Made by a program: the position numbers and the translations under genes
Shown: piece after piece, positions 1 through 7,895 of the stretch
How the letters are laid out: each line of letters opens with the position of its first letter
Numbering within the stretch: position 1 is the stretch's first letter
The notes under the pieces: generated by a model
What the model saw: only the letters and a program-made list of their open reading frames with translations
The model's database searches: none
Told to the model about the DNA's origin: nothing
NCBI GenBank assembly: GCA_048941015.1
Contig: JBHLNZ010000070.1
Coordinates: 1 to 15,078, forward strand
Length of the DNA stretch: 15,078 nt
Reading direction: 5' to 3'
Origin: Promethearchaeota archaeon
Lineage (GTDB): Archaea > Asgardarchaeota > Lokiarchaeia > Sigyniarchaeales > SOKP01

Positions 1-90
1 GAACGTGCTGATCTTCTAACAGAAATGAGAATGATTAAACATTATTATTCCTCAAAAGGAATAAGCTCTCGCTTTGGCATAGAATATTAA
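1..90 (+). CDS. cobO: 3' end (partial) of cob(I)alamin/cob(I)yrinic acid a,c-diamide adenosyltransferase, CobO/BtuR family
   Basis: Not in the ORF track. Frame 1 reads ERADLLTEMRMIKHYYSSKGISSRFGIEY*, resembling the CobO/BtuR C-terminus (ADLVTEMxxIKHxxxxGIxARxGIEY/F). The stop at 88-90 is 1 nt from the convergent gene's stop. Confidence 0.8.
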   Translation, partial: ERADLLTEMRMIKHYYSSKGISSRFGIEY

Positions 91-91
91 G

Positions 92-772
92 TCAAACTTT
101 CTTTCCGATCGTTTGTTCCTCCCATTTATGATATAATTCCATTAATCTATCTATTTCTTCGAGATTTGCTTTTATGTTAAAAGCGATTTTTTTAGAGATC
201 CTAAAATATTCAGCATAAATTTCTTTGTTTCTTATCATTTTCTTTACAATTTTTACTACAGTGCCTTTATCGATTGATAGATTTTTAGAAATTGGTGTAA
301 GATTAACATCTGGATTCACAGTTCCCATTTTTAATACTTCACGTCTAATTAATGATTCTTCATCATAATCTAGCTTGAATCTTTTCAATACTAAAAATCC
401 ATATACAATATAAATAATTAAAGGAGCTATTAAGTTTCCCAACAAATTTTTTACTTCGCTTACGTAAAAAATAGGCCCTATCATAAATACACATCCCATA
501 ATTCCTATATATATACACTTATTCAAATCTAACCTTAACGCAAAATATATAGATATCCCTAAAAAAATTATAGCTAAATTCTTCAAAAAACTATGAATAT
601 TAGAATAAAACAAAGAATTTCCTGTAAACACTTTACCAAAAACAATAATTTCAATAACATTTCCTTCCATATCTACAGACGTGATTGCTTCTGTAAATGA
701 ACTAGTTATATAATATAAAATCAATAAAAAAATTAGTAAAAATGAAATAGATATCAAGTTCTTATTTTTCAT
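92..772 (-). CDS. 4-TM membrane protein with C-terminal PCI-like winged-helix domain (paralog B')
   Basis: Basic N-terminus and about four hydrophobic segments, then LTPISKNLSIDKGTVVKIVKKMIRNKEIYAEYFRISKKIAF and a terminal helix EEIDRLMELYHKWEE. ATG is preceded by AAGAGAG and lies 7 nt downstream of the upstream paralog's stop. Confidence 0.8.
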   Translation of the reverse strand: MKNKNLISISFLLIFLLILYYITSSFTEAITSVDMEGNVIEIIVFGKVFTGNSLFYSNIHSFLKNLAIIFLGISIYFALRLDLNKCIYIGIMGCVFMIGPIFYVSEVKNLLGNLIAPLIIYIVYGFLVLKRFKLDYDEESLIRREVLKMGTVNPDVNLTPISKNLSIDKGTVVKIVKKMIRNKEIYAEYFRISKKIAFNIKANLEEIDRLMELYHKWEEQTIGKKV

Positions 773-779
773 ACTCTCT

Positions 780-1469
780 TTAACCAGTGTCTTTTTTATA
801 TACTTTTTTTTCCCAATTTTTATAAAGGGCCATTAGGGCATCTAATTGATCAATATTTTTATTTTGGTCAAATTCAATCATTTTAGAGTCATCTGAATAG
901 ATCGCATATATTTCATTTGCTTGAATCATTGTATGTATTACTTTTTCTACCTTTTCTCTATTGACATAACACTTTTCGGCAATATCTCTTATCTCTAATC
1001 GATGAAATCTGGTACCTAAATCTATCACAGTGCTTTTGATTTTTTTTTGATCTTTTTTAAAAAAGGTTGATTTTAAAAAAATGATAAAAATTATTCCACA
1101 AAGCCCAACAAAAATGAAAATGTGGATGAAATTTACATGAAATGGAATAAGATTGAGAGATATTTCAACATAAAAGTAAATAACTGTATACATATAATTA
1201 ATAAATATTAATAAAAATCCAATTAAGCCATACAAAATAGTTAGATGAAATCTTAATTTGTACATAAAATTCATCGATACATATAAAAGACCTACACCAA
1301 TACTTCCAATGATTCCTGTGAAAAAGTTATGAAAGTCCTTTGGAATTTGTGGAACACTTGTCTCCAATTCAGAAGTAAATATTGAAACAAAGGGTACATA
1401 AAAAGTTGCGATAATGAAAATTACAATAAATGAAAATAATAATAATATAAACGTTCTATTTAACTTAAT
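780..1469 (-). CDS. 4-TM membrane protein with C-terminal PCI-like winged-helix domain (paralog A'); start extended to a putative ATT
   Basis: The track starts at TTG 1367, but the frame is open up to a TAA at 1475-1473 and adds IKLNRTFILLLFSFIVIFIIATFYVPFVSIF (basic end plus TM1). GAAGGTG at 1484-1478 lies 8 nt before ATT 1469. C-terminal domain is DLGTRFHRLEIRDIAEKC...EIYAIY...LMALYKNWE. The gene is well supported; the start is inferred. Confidence 0.75.
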   Translation of the reverse strand: MKLNRTFILLLFSFIVIFIIATFYVPFVSIFTSELETSVPQIPKDFHNFFTGIIGSIGVGLLYVSMNFMYKLRFHLTILYGLIGFLLIFINYMYTVIYFYVEISLNLIPFHVNFIHIFIFVGLCGIIFIIFLKSTFFKKDQKKIKSTVIDLGTRFHRLEIRDIAEKCYVNREKVEKVIHTMIQANEIYAIYSDDSKMIEFDQNKNIDQLDALMALYKNWEKKVYKKDTG

Positions 1470-1510
1470 CGGTTAAACACCTTCATTTTTCTTTTTACTA
1501 ATTATCTTTT

Positions 1511-2227
1511 TTAAATAATCTTTCCAATTGTTTGTTCCTCCCATCTATAATATAATTCCATTAATCTATCGATTTCTTCAATATTCACACGTCTGTTAAA
1601 TACAAACTTTCTTGAAATATTAAAATACTCTGCATATATTTCCTTCTTTCTTATCATTTCATTCACAACTTTGATAATGCTGTCCTTATCAACATTAATA
1701 TTCTTTGCTATCTCTTTAAGTTTTAAAAATTCATAATTTGTCCCTAAATCTAAAATTGTTTTTCTTATCTGAGCTTCTTGATTGTAATTTTTCCTCCTGC
1801 TTAAGCTTATCAATAAAATGAATTCTATAAGAAAGATCAATGGACTAAAAAACATCAATATTAAATCATTCAATAGATATGAGATTAAAGGAGAATAACT
1901 TAAACTAATCCAAGCTAAAAGACAGATGGGAATTAATAATGCTGTAAAAGTAACAATTAAGCCTCTTTTCCCATAAATTACTACTTTACTTAAATTTGAA
2001 TAAAAAATAAAAATTATTGAAACACCCATCAATAAAATTCCAAATAATATTCCATTCCATAATATATAAGAAATACTACCTGCTGGCCACCACACAATCA
2101 AATCATTAATATATTGATTGATATACTGATTTAAAAAGTGATTGTAAGTAAATGAGTCAAAAAATAATTGGGAGAGAAGAATTATAATACCTACAATTCC
2201 GAAAAGTTTTAAATTAGATCTTTTCAA
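1511..2227 (-). CDS. 4-TM membrane protein with C-terminal PCI-like winged-helix domain (paralog B)
   Basis: The track starts at 2263, but GAGAGGG + 6 nt + TTG at 2227 gives MKRSNLKLFGIVGIII and a 14-nt overlap with the upstream paralog, consistent with translational coupling. C-terminus is LKLKEIAKNINVDKDSIIKVVNEMIRKKEIYAEYF...EEIDRLMELYYRWEE. Confidence 0.8.
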   Translation of the reverse strand: MKRSNLKLFGIVGIIILLSQLFFDSFTYNHFLNQYINQYINDLIVWWPAGSISYILWNGILFGILLMGVSIIFIFYSNLSKVVIYGKRGLIVTFTALLIPICLLAWISLSYSPLISYLLNDLILMFFSPLIFLIEFILLISLSRRKNYNQEAQIRKTILDLGTNYEFLKLKEIAKNINVDKDSIIKVVNEMIRKKEIYAEYFNISRKFVFNRRVNIEEIDRLMELYYRWEEQTIGKII

Positions 2228-2930
2228 TGAATGCCCTCTCATCCAATTTTTTTCCAACTGCATCGCTTTCCCATTTTTTGTAAATTTGCATCAATTTATC
2301 AATCTCTTCTATGTTTATATCTTGATCCAATTGAATAACTTTAGTCTCGCTATTGTATTTAGCAAAAATCTCTTTATTCGCAATCATTTTATTTAGTATT
2401 TTATCAACCTTTTCTTGATTTAAAAAACATCTTTCAGCTATATCTTGTAATTCTAATTGAGTGAATTGAGTACCTAAATCTAAGATATTTTGTTTTATCG
2501 AGCTTTCCTCTTCATGTTTTAAAACTTTAAGAGAAGTGTTCAGCTTTTTATTTACTGAAATCATTAAAATTAATAAACCAAAAGATGAAAAAAAAGGAAT
2601 AGAGAGGAGATATTTAGGAAAAAGACTTGTTAATACTACAATATGATTAATTATTAATAATATTATGACTCTATTATAGAAAATTGTGGGCTGAAATTGT
2701 AATCTATGAAAATGTATTCTTGAAATTAATGTTAATATTAACCTTAACCACCCTATAAAGAACAGAATAACAGTTATAATATTATAAAGAGCCAATAAAT
2801 ATGGAGAATCCACATGAGATGCGGATGATACGATTTTTGCGAAAATAGTAAAATCTACCAGAATAATAAGTATTGAAATGAAAAATATTAAAAGATATAA
2901 TTTTTTTAATTTGTCTATATTCGATTTTAT
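2214..2930 (-). CDS. 4-TM membrane protein with C-terminal PCI-like winged-helix domain (paralog A); start extended to a putative ATA
   Basis: The track starts at GTG 2813, but the frame is open up to TGA 2939-2937 and adds IKSNIDKLKKLYLLIFFISILIILVDFTIFAKIV. AGGTGA at 2942-2937 precedes ATA 2930. C-terminus is DLGTQFTQLELQDIAERC...EIFAKY...EEIDKLMQIYKKWE. Confidence 0.75.
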   Translation of the reverse strand: MKSNIDKLKKLYLLIFFISILIILVDFTIFAKIVSSASHVDSPYLLALYNIITVILFFIGWLRLILTLISRIHFHRLQFQPTIFYNRVIILLIINHIVVLTSLFPKYLLSIPFFSSFGLLILMISVNKKLNTSLKVLKHEEESSIKQNILDLGTQFTQLELQDIAERCFLNQEKVDKILNKMIANKEIFAKYNSETKVIQLDQDINIEEIDKLMQIYKKWESDAVGKKLDERAFIEKI

Positions 2931-3016
2931 TAATTTTCACCTATTTGAAGCATATAATTAAGATTGATTGCTTTAAACTGAAATTTTCTCTTTATAATTC
3001 TGATTTGATCTTTTAA

Positions 3017-3030
3017 CTTATAAATGTTTC
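3017..3030 (-). promoter_or_regulatory. Putative BRE-TATA promoter for the four-gene PCI-like operon
   Basis: The minus strand reads GAAACA-TTTATAAG, a purine-rich BRE followed by a TTTATAA box, about 90 nt upstream of the first paralog. Confidence 0.5.
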
Positions 3031-3063
3031 AAAAATTATTAAAAAAAGAAAATAGAAAAAATT

Positions 3064-3498
3064 TTACATAAATACTATTGTACCTTCGCCAGATGTTACG
3101 ATTTCACCATTCTGATTCTTAACTATTGTATCAGCAATAATGAATTTCAATTTACCTTCTTTTTTAGTAAACTTTTCTTTTACAGTAGCAACTGCAGTTA
3201 ATTTATCGCCAAAAAACACAGGCTTTATAAATTTCACTGTTTGTCCACCATATAAAATTCCAGGTCCAAATAATTTCGTTCCTAAAACTGCCGAGATTAA
3301 GCCAGAGCTTAAAGCACCATGAGCTACTTGCTTTCCAAACATCTGAGTTTTAGCATATTCAGGATTTACGTGAATAGGGTTGTAATCTCCTGTCACTTCT
3401 GCAAATTTCATTACATCCTCTTCGGTTATTGTTTTGGTGAATTCTGCGGAATCGCCTACTTTATAATCATCCCATTTAACAGGTTCTAGATTTGACAT
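3064..3498 (-). CDS. MaoC/PhaJ-family (R)-specific enoyl-CoA hydratase (hotdog fold)
   Basis: FAEVTGDYNPIH (D-x4-H catalytic dyad), VAHGAL and FIKPVFFGD motifs. No SD, and TTTTTATC lies about 23-30 nt upstream, so it is probably leaderless. Confidence 0.92.
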   Translation of the reverse strand: MSNLEPVKWDDYKVGDSAEFTKTITEEDVMKFAEVTGDYNPIHVNPEYAKTQMFGKQVAHGALSSGLISAVLGTKLFGPGILYGGQTVKFIKPVFFGDKLTAVATVKEKFTKKEGKLKFIIADTIVKNQNGEIVTSGEGTIVFM

Positions 3499-3626
3499 AA
3501 ATAAATTTAATGAAAAAATAGATAAAAATCTTAACTATTAAGATAAAGAAAAAGAAATAAAAAATGTCAACAATTGAATAAAATTATCTTAAATTGAATT
3601 AAAAATTAATAAAAGGGGAAAAAAAA

Positions 3627-4886
3627 ATGGGAAGATTAGCTAGAAAAGTTGCTTTAGTGGGAGCGGGAATGTCTAAATTTGGAAACCACTTTCCCGTAAA
3701 ACGTAATCCTGATTTATGGATTGATGCTTGGCTAAATGCAGTTGAAAGTGTAGATAATGGAATTGAACCAAAAGACATTGACGCTTGTTATGTTGGAAAT
3801 TATTCTTCAGACTTGTTCAATCATCAGGGACATTTAGGCCCCCAGATGGCTAATTTGGTTGGATTAACTCCAAAACCAGCATCAAGATTTGAAGGAGCGT
3901 GTGCTAGTAGCGGTATAGCATTACGACAGGCTATTATAGCAATTGCTTCAGGCGTACATGATGTAATTGCTGTGTCTGGGGTAGAATGTATGACTGAACT
4001 TCCAACAGCAGGAGTTACAGATGTTTTAGCAACGGCGTCTGATAGCTTGTTTGAATATCCAGCTGGGGCGACATTTCCAGGACTATATGCAACCTTAGCA
4101 TCAGCACATTTTCATAAATATGGAACGACTGCAGAAGATTTGATGAGAGTTGGAATTAAAAATCATGCAAATGGAGCAGAAAATCCGTATGCACAAATGC
4201 AGAGTTCAATTGCTGATATGATGAAAAAAAAAATAGCAAAAATAGAACAATCAGGGGGAACCGTTCCAGATTGGAAGGATGAATTTGATTATCTTAAAAG
4301 TTCTTCCAATCCTATTATTGCGTATCCACTTCGCCTTTTTGATTGTAGTCTCATCACAGATGGCTCAGCTTGCTTATTTCTCACTTCTGGGGAATTCGCT
4401 AAAAAATATACGGATACTCCAGTATGGATTACTGGTACAGGTCAAGGTAGTGCTGCTTTATCATTACATGACAGAGATTCATTAACATCTTTTATTGCTA
4501 CTAAAGAGGCATCAAGACAGGCTTATCAAATGTCTGGTTTGAAACCCAAAGATATTCAAATCTGTGAAGTCCATGATTGTTTTACTATTGCAGAAATTGT
4601 AGCTCTTGAGGATTTAGGTTTCTATGAAAAAGGAAAGGCAGTAGAAGCTATAAAAAATGGAGAAACAAAAAGAGATGGAACTTTACCAATTAACACCTCT
4701 GGAGGTTTAAAGTCAAAAGGACATCCTGTTGGAGCGAGTGGGGCTGCAATGGCAGTGGAAATTTTCAAACAAATGAAGGGTAAAGCAGAAAGGAATAGGC
4801 AAGTTAAAATCGATGTAGAAAGAGCTATGACACATAATTTAGGAGGATCTGGAGGAACTTGTGTGGTAACAATTTATGAGAGGTGA
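3627..4886 (+). CDS. Thiolase, SCP2-type/archaeal DUF35-associated subfamily
   Basis: EGACASSG (nucleophile C92), EVHDCFT (HDCF fingerprint), INTSGGLKSKGHPVGASG and C-terminal HNLGG. Confidence 0.95.
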   Translation: MGRLARKVALVGAGMSKFGNHFPVKRNPDLWIDAWLNAVESVDNGIEPKDIDACYVGNYSSDLFNHQGHLGPQMANLVGLTPKPASRFEGACASSGIALRQAIIAIASGVHDVIAVSGVECMTELPTAGVTDVLATASDSLFEYPAGATFPGLYATLASAHFHKYGTTAEDLMRVGIKNHANGAENPYAQMQSSIADMMKKKIAKIEQSGGTVPDWKDEFDYLKSSSNPIIAYPLRLFDCSLITDGSACLFLTSGEFAKKYTDTPVWITGTGQGSAALSLHDRDSLTSFIATKEASRQAYQMSGLKPKDIQICEVHDCFTIAEIVALEDLGFYEKGKAVEAIKNGETKRDGTLPINTSGGLKSKGHPVGASGAAMAVEIFKQMKGKAERNRQVKIDVERAMTHNLGGSGGTCVVTIYER

Positions 4887-4896
4887 TCATGAGAAT

Positions 4897-5319
4897 ATGT
4901 CAGAAGTAGAAAAGGACTTTACAATACAAAACTATTTGGAATTCCTACAAAATAGAAAATTAATGGGTTCAAAGTGTAAAGATTGTGGGACATTATATGC
5001 TCCAGTAAGGAAATTATGCACAAAATGTAATACCGCTAACATGGAATGGGTTGAAATGTCTGGAAAAGGGAAATTGACAGCTTTTACAAGTATTACTGTA
5101 GGTACTCCTTACTTTATCCAGAAAGGCTATGATAGAAATAAACCATATTGCTTTTCAATTATTACTCTTGAAGAAGGACCAATGGTTTCAGCCCAACTTG
5201 TTGGGGTAGACGAAAGTAAGCCAGATACTATCAAAATTGGTATGCCAGTGAAAGTAAAATTTCTGGAAACGGAAATTAAAGGAGAAACTAAAATAGATTT
5301 AGGTTTTGAACCTAATTAA
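4897..5319 (+). CDS. DUF35-family Zn-ribbon plus OB-fold protein (thiolase partner)
   Basis: CKDC...CTKC zinc ribbon, WVEMSGKGKL, PY, LEEGP and IKIGMPVKVKF. It directly follows the thiolase. GAGGTGA at 4880-4886 favours ATG 4897 over 4876. Confidence 0.92.
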   Translation: MSEVEKDFTIQNYLEFLQNRKLMGSKCKDCGTLYAPVRKLCTKCNTANMEWVEMSGKGKLTAFTSITVGTPYFIQKGYDRNKPYCFSIITLEEGPMVSAQLVGVDESKPDTIKIGMPVKVKFLETEIKGETKIDLGFEPN

Positions 5320-5502
5320 ATTTTTAAATATCTTTTTTATTTCTAATTTTTTTAATTAATTAATACACACGTCTTATATTGTTAAATTAGTAGTGGGCTA
5401 GTATTAAAAGACTATATAAAAGAATGATTATTGTATTCATTTCTTTCTCTATTATTATTAAGAATTAAGAAAATAATATCGATAATAAAAAAAGTAAAAA
5501 AT

Positions 5503-6456
5503 TTAATGAGTACATTCCCACATATAGTGACCATATTTCTGTTTAAATTCCTCTGCAAACTCGTTTATTTTTGGTCTTATAAATTCATATCCATACTGAA
5601 TACATTCATAAGTAACAGGTAATAATCCTAATACCTCACCATCAACTTGACAATAATATGGATCTTCTTCGGAATTTTTCATTTCTACTCTCACTTTCTT
5701 GCTCTGATATTCACTAATATCAGGATGAGGGAGAAGTGAGGCATTATACATTCTTCTAAATTGTCTTGCTAATTTAACCTTATCAATATTTACTATACTT
5801 ATGTCAAAAAGGCCGTCTTCAATACTAGCTCTTTGGCAAATAAACATCCCTCCTCCGTAAGCTCCAGAAAGCCCTACTGCAGCAAGATTTGCTTCACCTT
5901 CAAATGTATCATTATCCATTTTAACGATAATTTCTTGGTTTTCCCATTCTCGTAATAAGGTAAGAATTATCATGTTATAATCCTTTTCTTTATTTTCATT
6001 TGATCTACGAGCTACCTCACTATCAAATCCTTGAGAACCTATCCCTAAAAAATAGCGTTCTGTCCCATCATCTCGCCTAGCAAAACCAATATCTGATTTA
6101 CTTGAATATCCTTCAGCAATAATTTCACAAGCTCTTTTTATATCTGCCTTATAACCAATAGCAGCGGGAATGTCATTTCCGGATCCCATAGGGATAAACC
6201 CACATAAAGCTCCCGTCTTTGACATAATTGTACCATGCAATACTTCGTTAGCAGTACCGTCACCTCCTGCTCCAATAACGCGAAAACCATCTTTAGCAAG
6301 ATTTATAGCTAAATCGATTGCGTGTCCTGCATATTCTGTAGCAAAAAGTTTGAATTTTACATTTAATTCATTTAAATATTTGCTAACCTCATTGATTTGC
6401 TTCCCTACTTCACCTTTATTAGCCGTTGGGTTATATATGATTGCGTAATCTGTCAT
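5503..6456 (-). CDS. Diacylglycerol/lipid kinase family protein (DAGK_cat, YegS/DgkB-like)
   Basis: IYNPTA, TEYAGHA, GGDGT, PMGSGND, YGGG, EDGLFD and QVDGE motifs. GTGAG SD, and a TTTATAT box at 6511-6505 on the minus strand. Confidence 0.92.
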   Translation of the reverse strand: MTDYAIIYNPTANKGEVGKQINEVSKYLNELNVKFKLFATEYAGHAIDLAINLAKDGFRVIGAGGDGTANEVLHGTIMSKTGALCGFIPMGSGNDIPAAIGYKADIKRACEIIAEGYSSKSDIGFARRDDGTERYFLGIGSQGFDSEVARRSNENKEKDYNMIILTLLREWENQEIIVKMDNDTFEGEANLAAVGLSGAYGGGMFICQRASIEDGLFDISIVNIDKVKLARQFRRMYNASLLPHPDISEYQSKKVRVEMKNSEEDPYYCQVDGEVLGLLPVTYECIQYGYEFIRPKINEFAEEFKQKYGHYMWECTH

Positions 6457-6572
6457 AATATTCTCACTTTGATTTAGATCGTGATATAAAATTAGTTTAA
6501 ATTAATATAAATATCTTTTTTTTTTCCAAAAAAGTTTCATCATTTCTATTTCCAGGTGGATTATCTTCTATT

Positions 6573-6629
6573 GAAATTGAACTTCAAGGCGGAGAGACTC
6601 GAGTAGATTTAGGTTTTAGATCCAATTAA
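6573..6629 (+). pseudogene. Orphan 3'-end remnant of a DUF35 gene
   Basis: Translates EIELQGGETRVDLGFRSN*, against ETEIKGETKIDLGFEPN* at the end of the intact DUF35 gene. 6591-6629 matches 5281-5319 at 31/39 nt, including an exact 14-mer TAGATTTAGGTTTT. Confidence 0.75.
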
Positions 6630-6708
6630 GCATTCTGAAAAAATTTAATTATGTTTTTTTTATTTTAATACTATAGTTAATATTAGATTCCATTAATTGG
6701 TGGGTTAA

Positions 6709-7857
6709 ATCGAACGTAAAGCAAAATTAATAATTATTATTTCAATGATAACTATAATCTATTCCGGATTAATAATTACCATAATCCTTTTCTATGGAAA
6801 TAACTTCAACAATCTAGATATTGATCTAAATTTTGATGATACTAATGCTTTTTCTTATATCGAAGATCAATTGAATATTAATACTACTCATTATCGAATA
6901 CCAGGTACTCAGGGAAGAGAGGATTGTGCACAATATTTTATATCCAAATTTCAGGAGATTGATCCTACTTATAATTATATTTTACATAATTTTACTATTA
7001 ATTCAATTGAATGCCAAAATGTATTATTTAAATTTAATGATAACAATTCAAAAATCTTAATCTTAGGAGCACATTATGATTCAAGAGCAAGAGCAACAAA
7101 AGATTCAAATTATCCAAACTCACCTGTACCTGGAGCTAACGACGGTGCAAGTGGAAGTGCTGTTCTTATAGAATTAGCAAGAGCACTCTATAATAGATCT
7201 ACTGATCTTTCAGTTCAAATTTGGTTCTTATTTTTTGATGCAGAAGATCAAGGTTATGACCAGAGTTATGGAATCAATGGCTGGGATTGGTGCGAAGGTT
7301 CAAATAAATTTGTAGATGAGATTGAGAATTTTTATAACTTGACACATGAGCGAATTGAAGCAATGATTTTATTAGATATGGTTGGTGGAATAGGCTTAAA
7401 ATTTATTAAAGAACAGTATTCTACTTCCTCATTATTAGATGAGCTATTTGAAACAGGACGACAATTAGGATATGAATCTGAATTTCCAATTAATGCAATA
7501 TCGCAATCGATAACAGACGATCATGTTCCTTTCGTAAATTACGGCATACCTTCAGCAGATTTAATAATTAATTTCTGGCAAAATCCTAATTGGCCTTATC
7601 ATCATACCATAGATGACAATTTGCAGAACATTTCAAATTTTAGTCTTGAGGTTACTGGAAGAACTGTTGAACAATTTATTTATAATAATTATATGGATCC
7701 CAACGACGAATATCATGGAAATTACCCTTGGAAAGGAGACTTAAATCTTCCAGATACCACCTCTTTAATCATAATTTTAACCATTACAGTTTTGATAGGG
7801 ATTTTTAGTATCATGACTTTAATTTTAAAGAAGTTTAAGAAGAAGCCTGAAACTTAA
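6709..7857 (+). CDS. M28-family Zn enzyme, glutaminyl cyclase-like, with N- and C-terminal membrane segments
   Basis: GAHYDSR, GANDGASG, FFDAED, LLDMVG, TDDHVPF and HHT motifs. The C-terminal TM is followed by KKFKKK. First ATG is 6745. I propose ATC 6709 (GGTG + 6 nt, just after an in-frame TAA), which adds IERKAKLIIIIS. Confidence 0.85.
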   Translation: MERKAKLIIIISMITIIYSGLIITIILFYGNNFNNLDIDLNFDDTNAFSYIEDQLNINTTHYRIPGTQGREDCAQYFISKFQEIDPTYNYILHNFTINSIECQNVLFKFNDNNSKILILGAHYDSRARATKDSNYPNSPVPGANDGASGSAVLIELARALYNRSTDLSVQIWFLFFDAEDQGYDQSYGINGWDWCEGSNKFVDEIENFYNLTHERIEAMILLDMVGGIGLKFIKEQYSTSSLLDELFETGRQLGYESEFPINAISQSITDDHVPFVNYGIPSADLIINFWQNPNWPYHHTIDDNLQNISNFSLEVTGRTVEQFIYNNYMDPNDEYHGNYPWKGDLNLPDTTSLIIILTITVLIGIFSIMTLILKKFKKKPET

Positions 7858-7895
7858 TTAATAATGAAGTTATTATAATTAGAAAGGTCTATTAT

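Noticed and set aside
101-1579. The 60-nt repeat pair as a DGR template/variable repeat
   Set aside because: The five mismatches are not confined to adenines of one copy on either strand, both copies are coding, and there is no reverse transcriptase in the window.
3140-3322. 60-aa plus-strand ORF
   Set aside because: It is an antisense shadow of the MaoC gene with no motifs.
4279-4485. 68-aa ORF inside the thiolase
   Set aside because: It is an alternative frame within a well-supported gene, with no recognisable features.
5431-5622. 63-aa plus-strand ORF
   Set aside because: It has a TTG start without an SD, low-complexity AT-driven composition, and overlaps the kinase 3' end antisense.
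6170-6448. 92-aa plus-strand ORF
   Set aside because: It is an antisense shadow of the DAGK-family gene.
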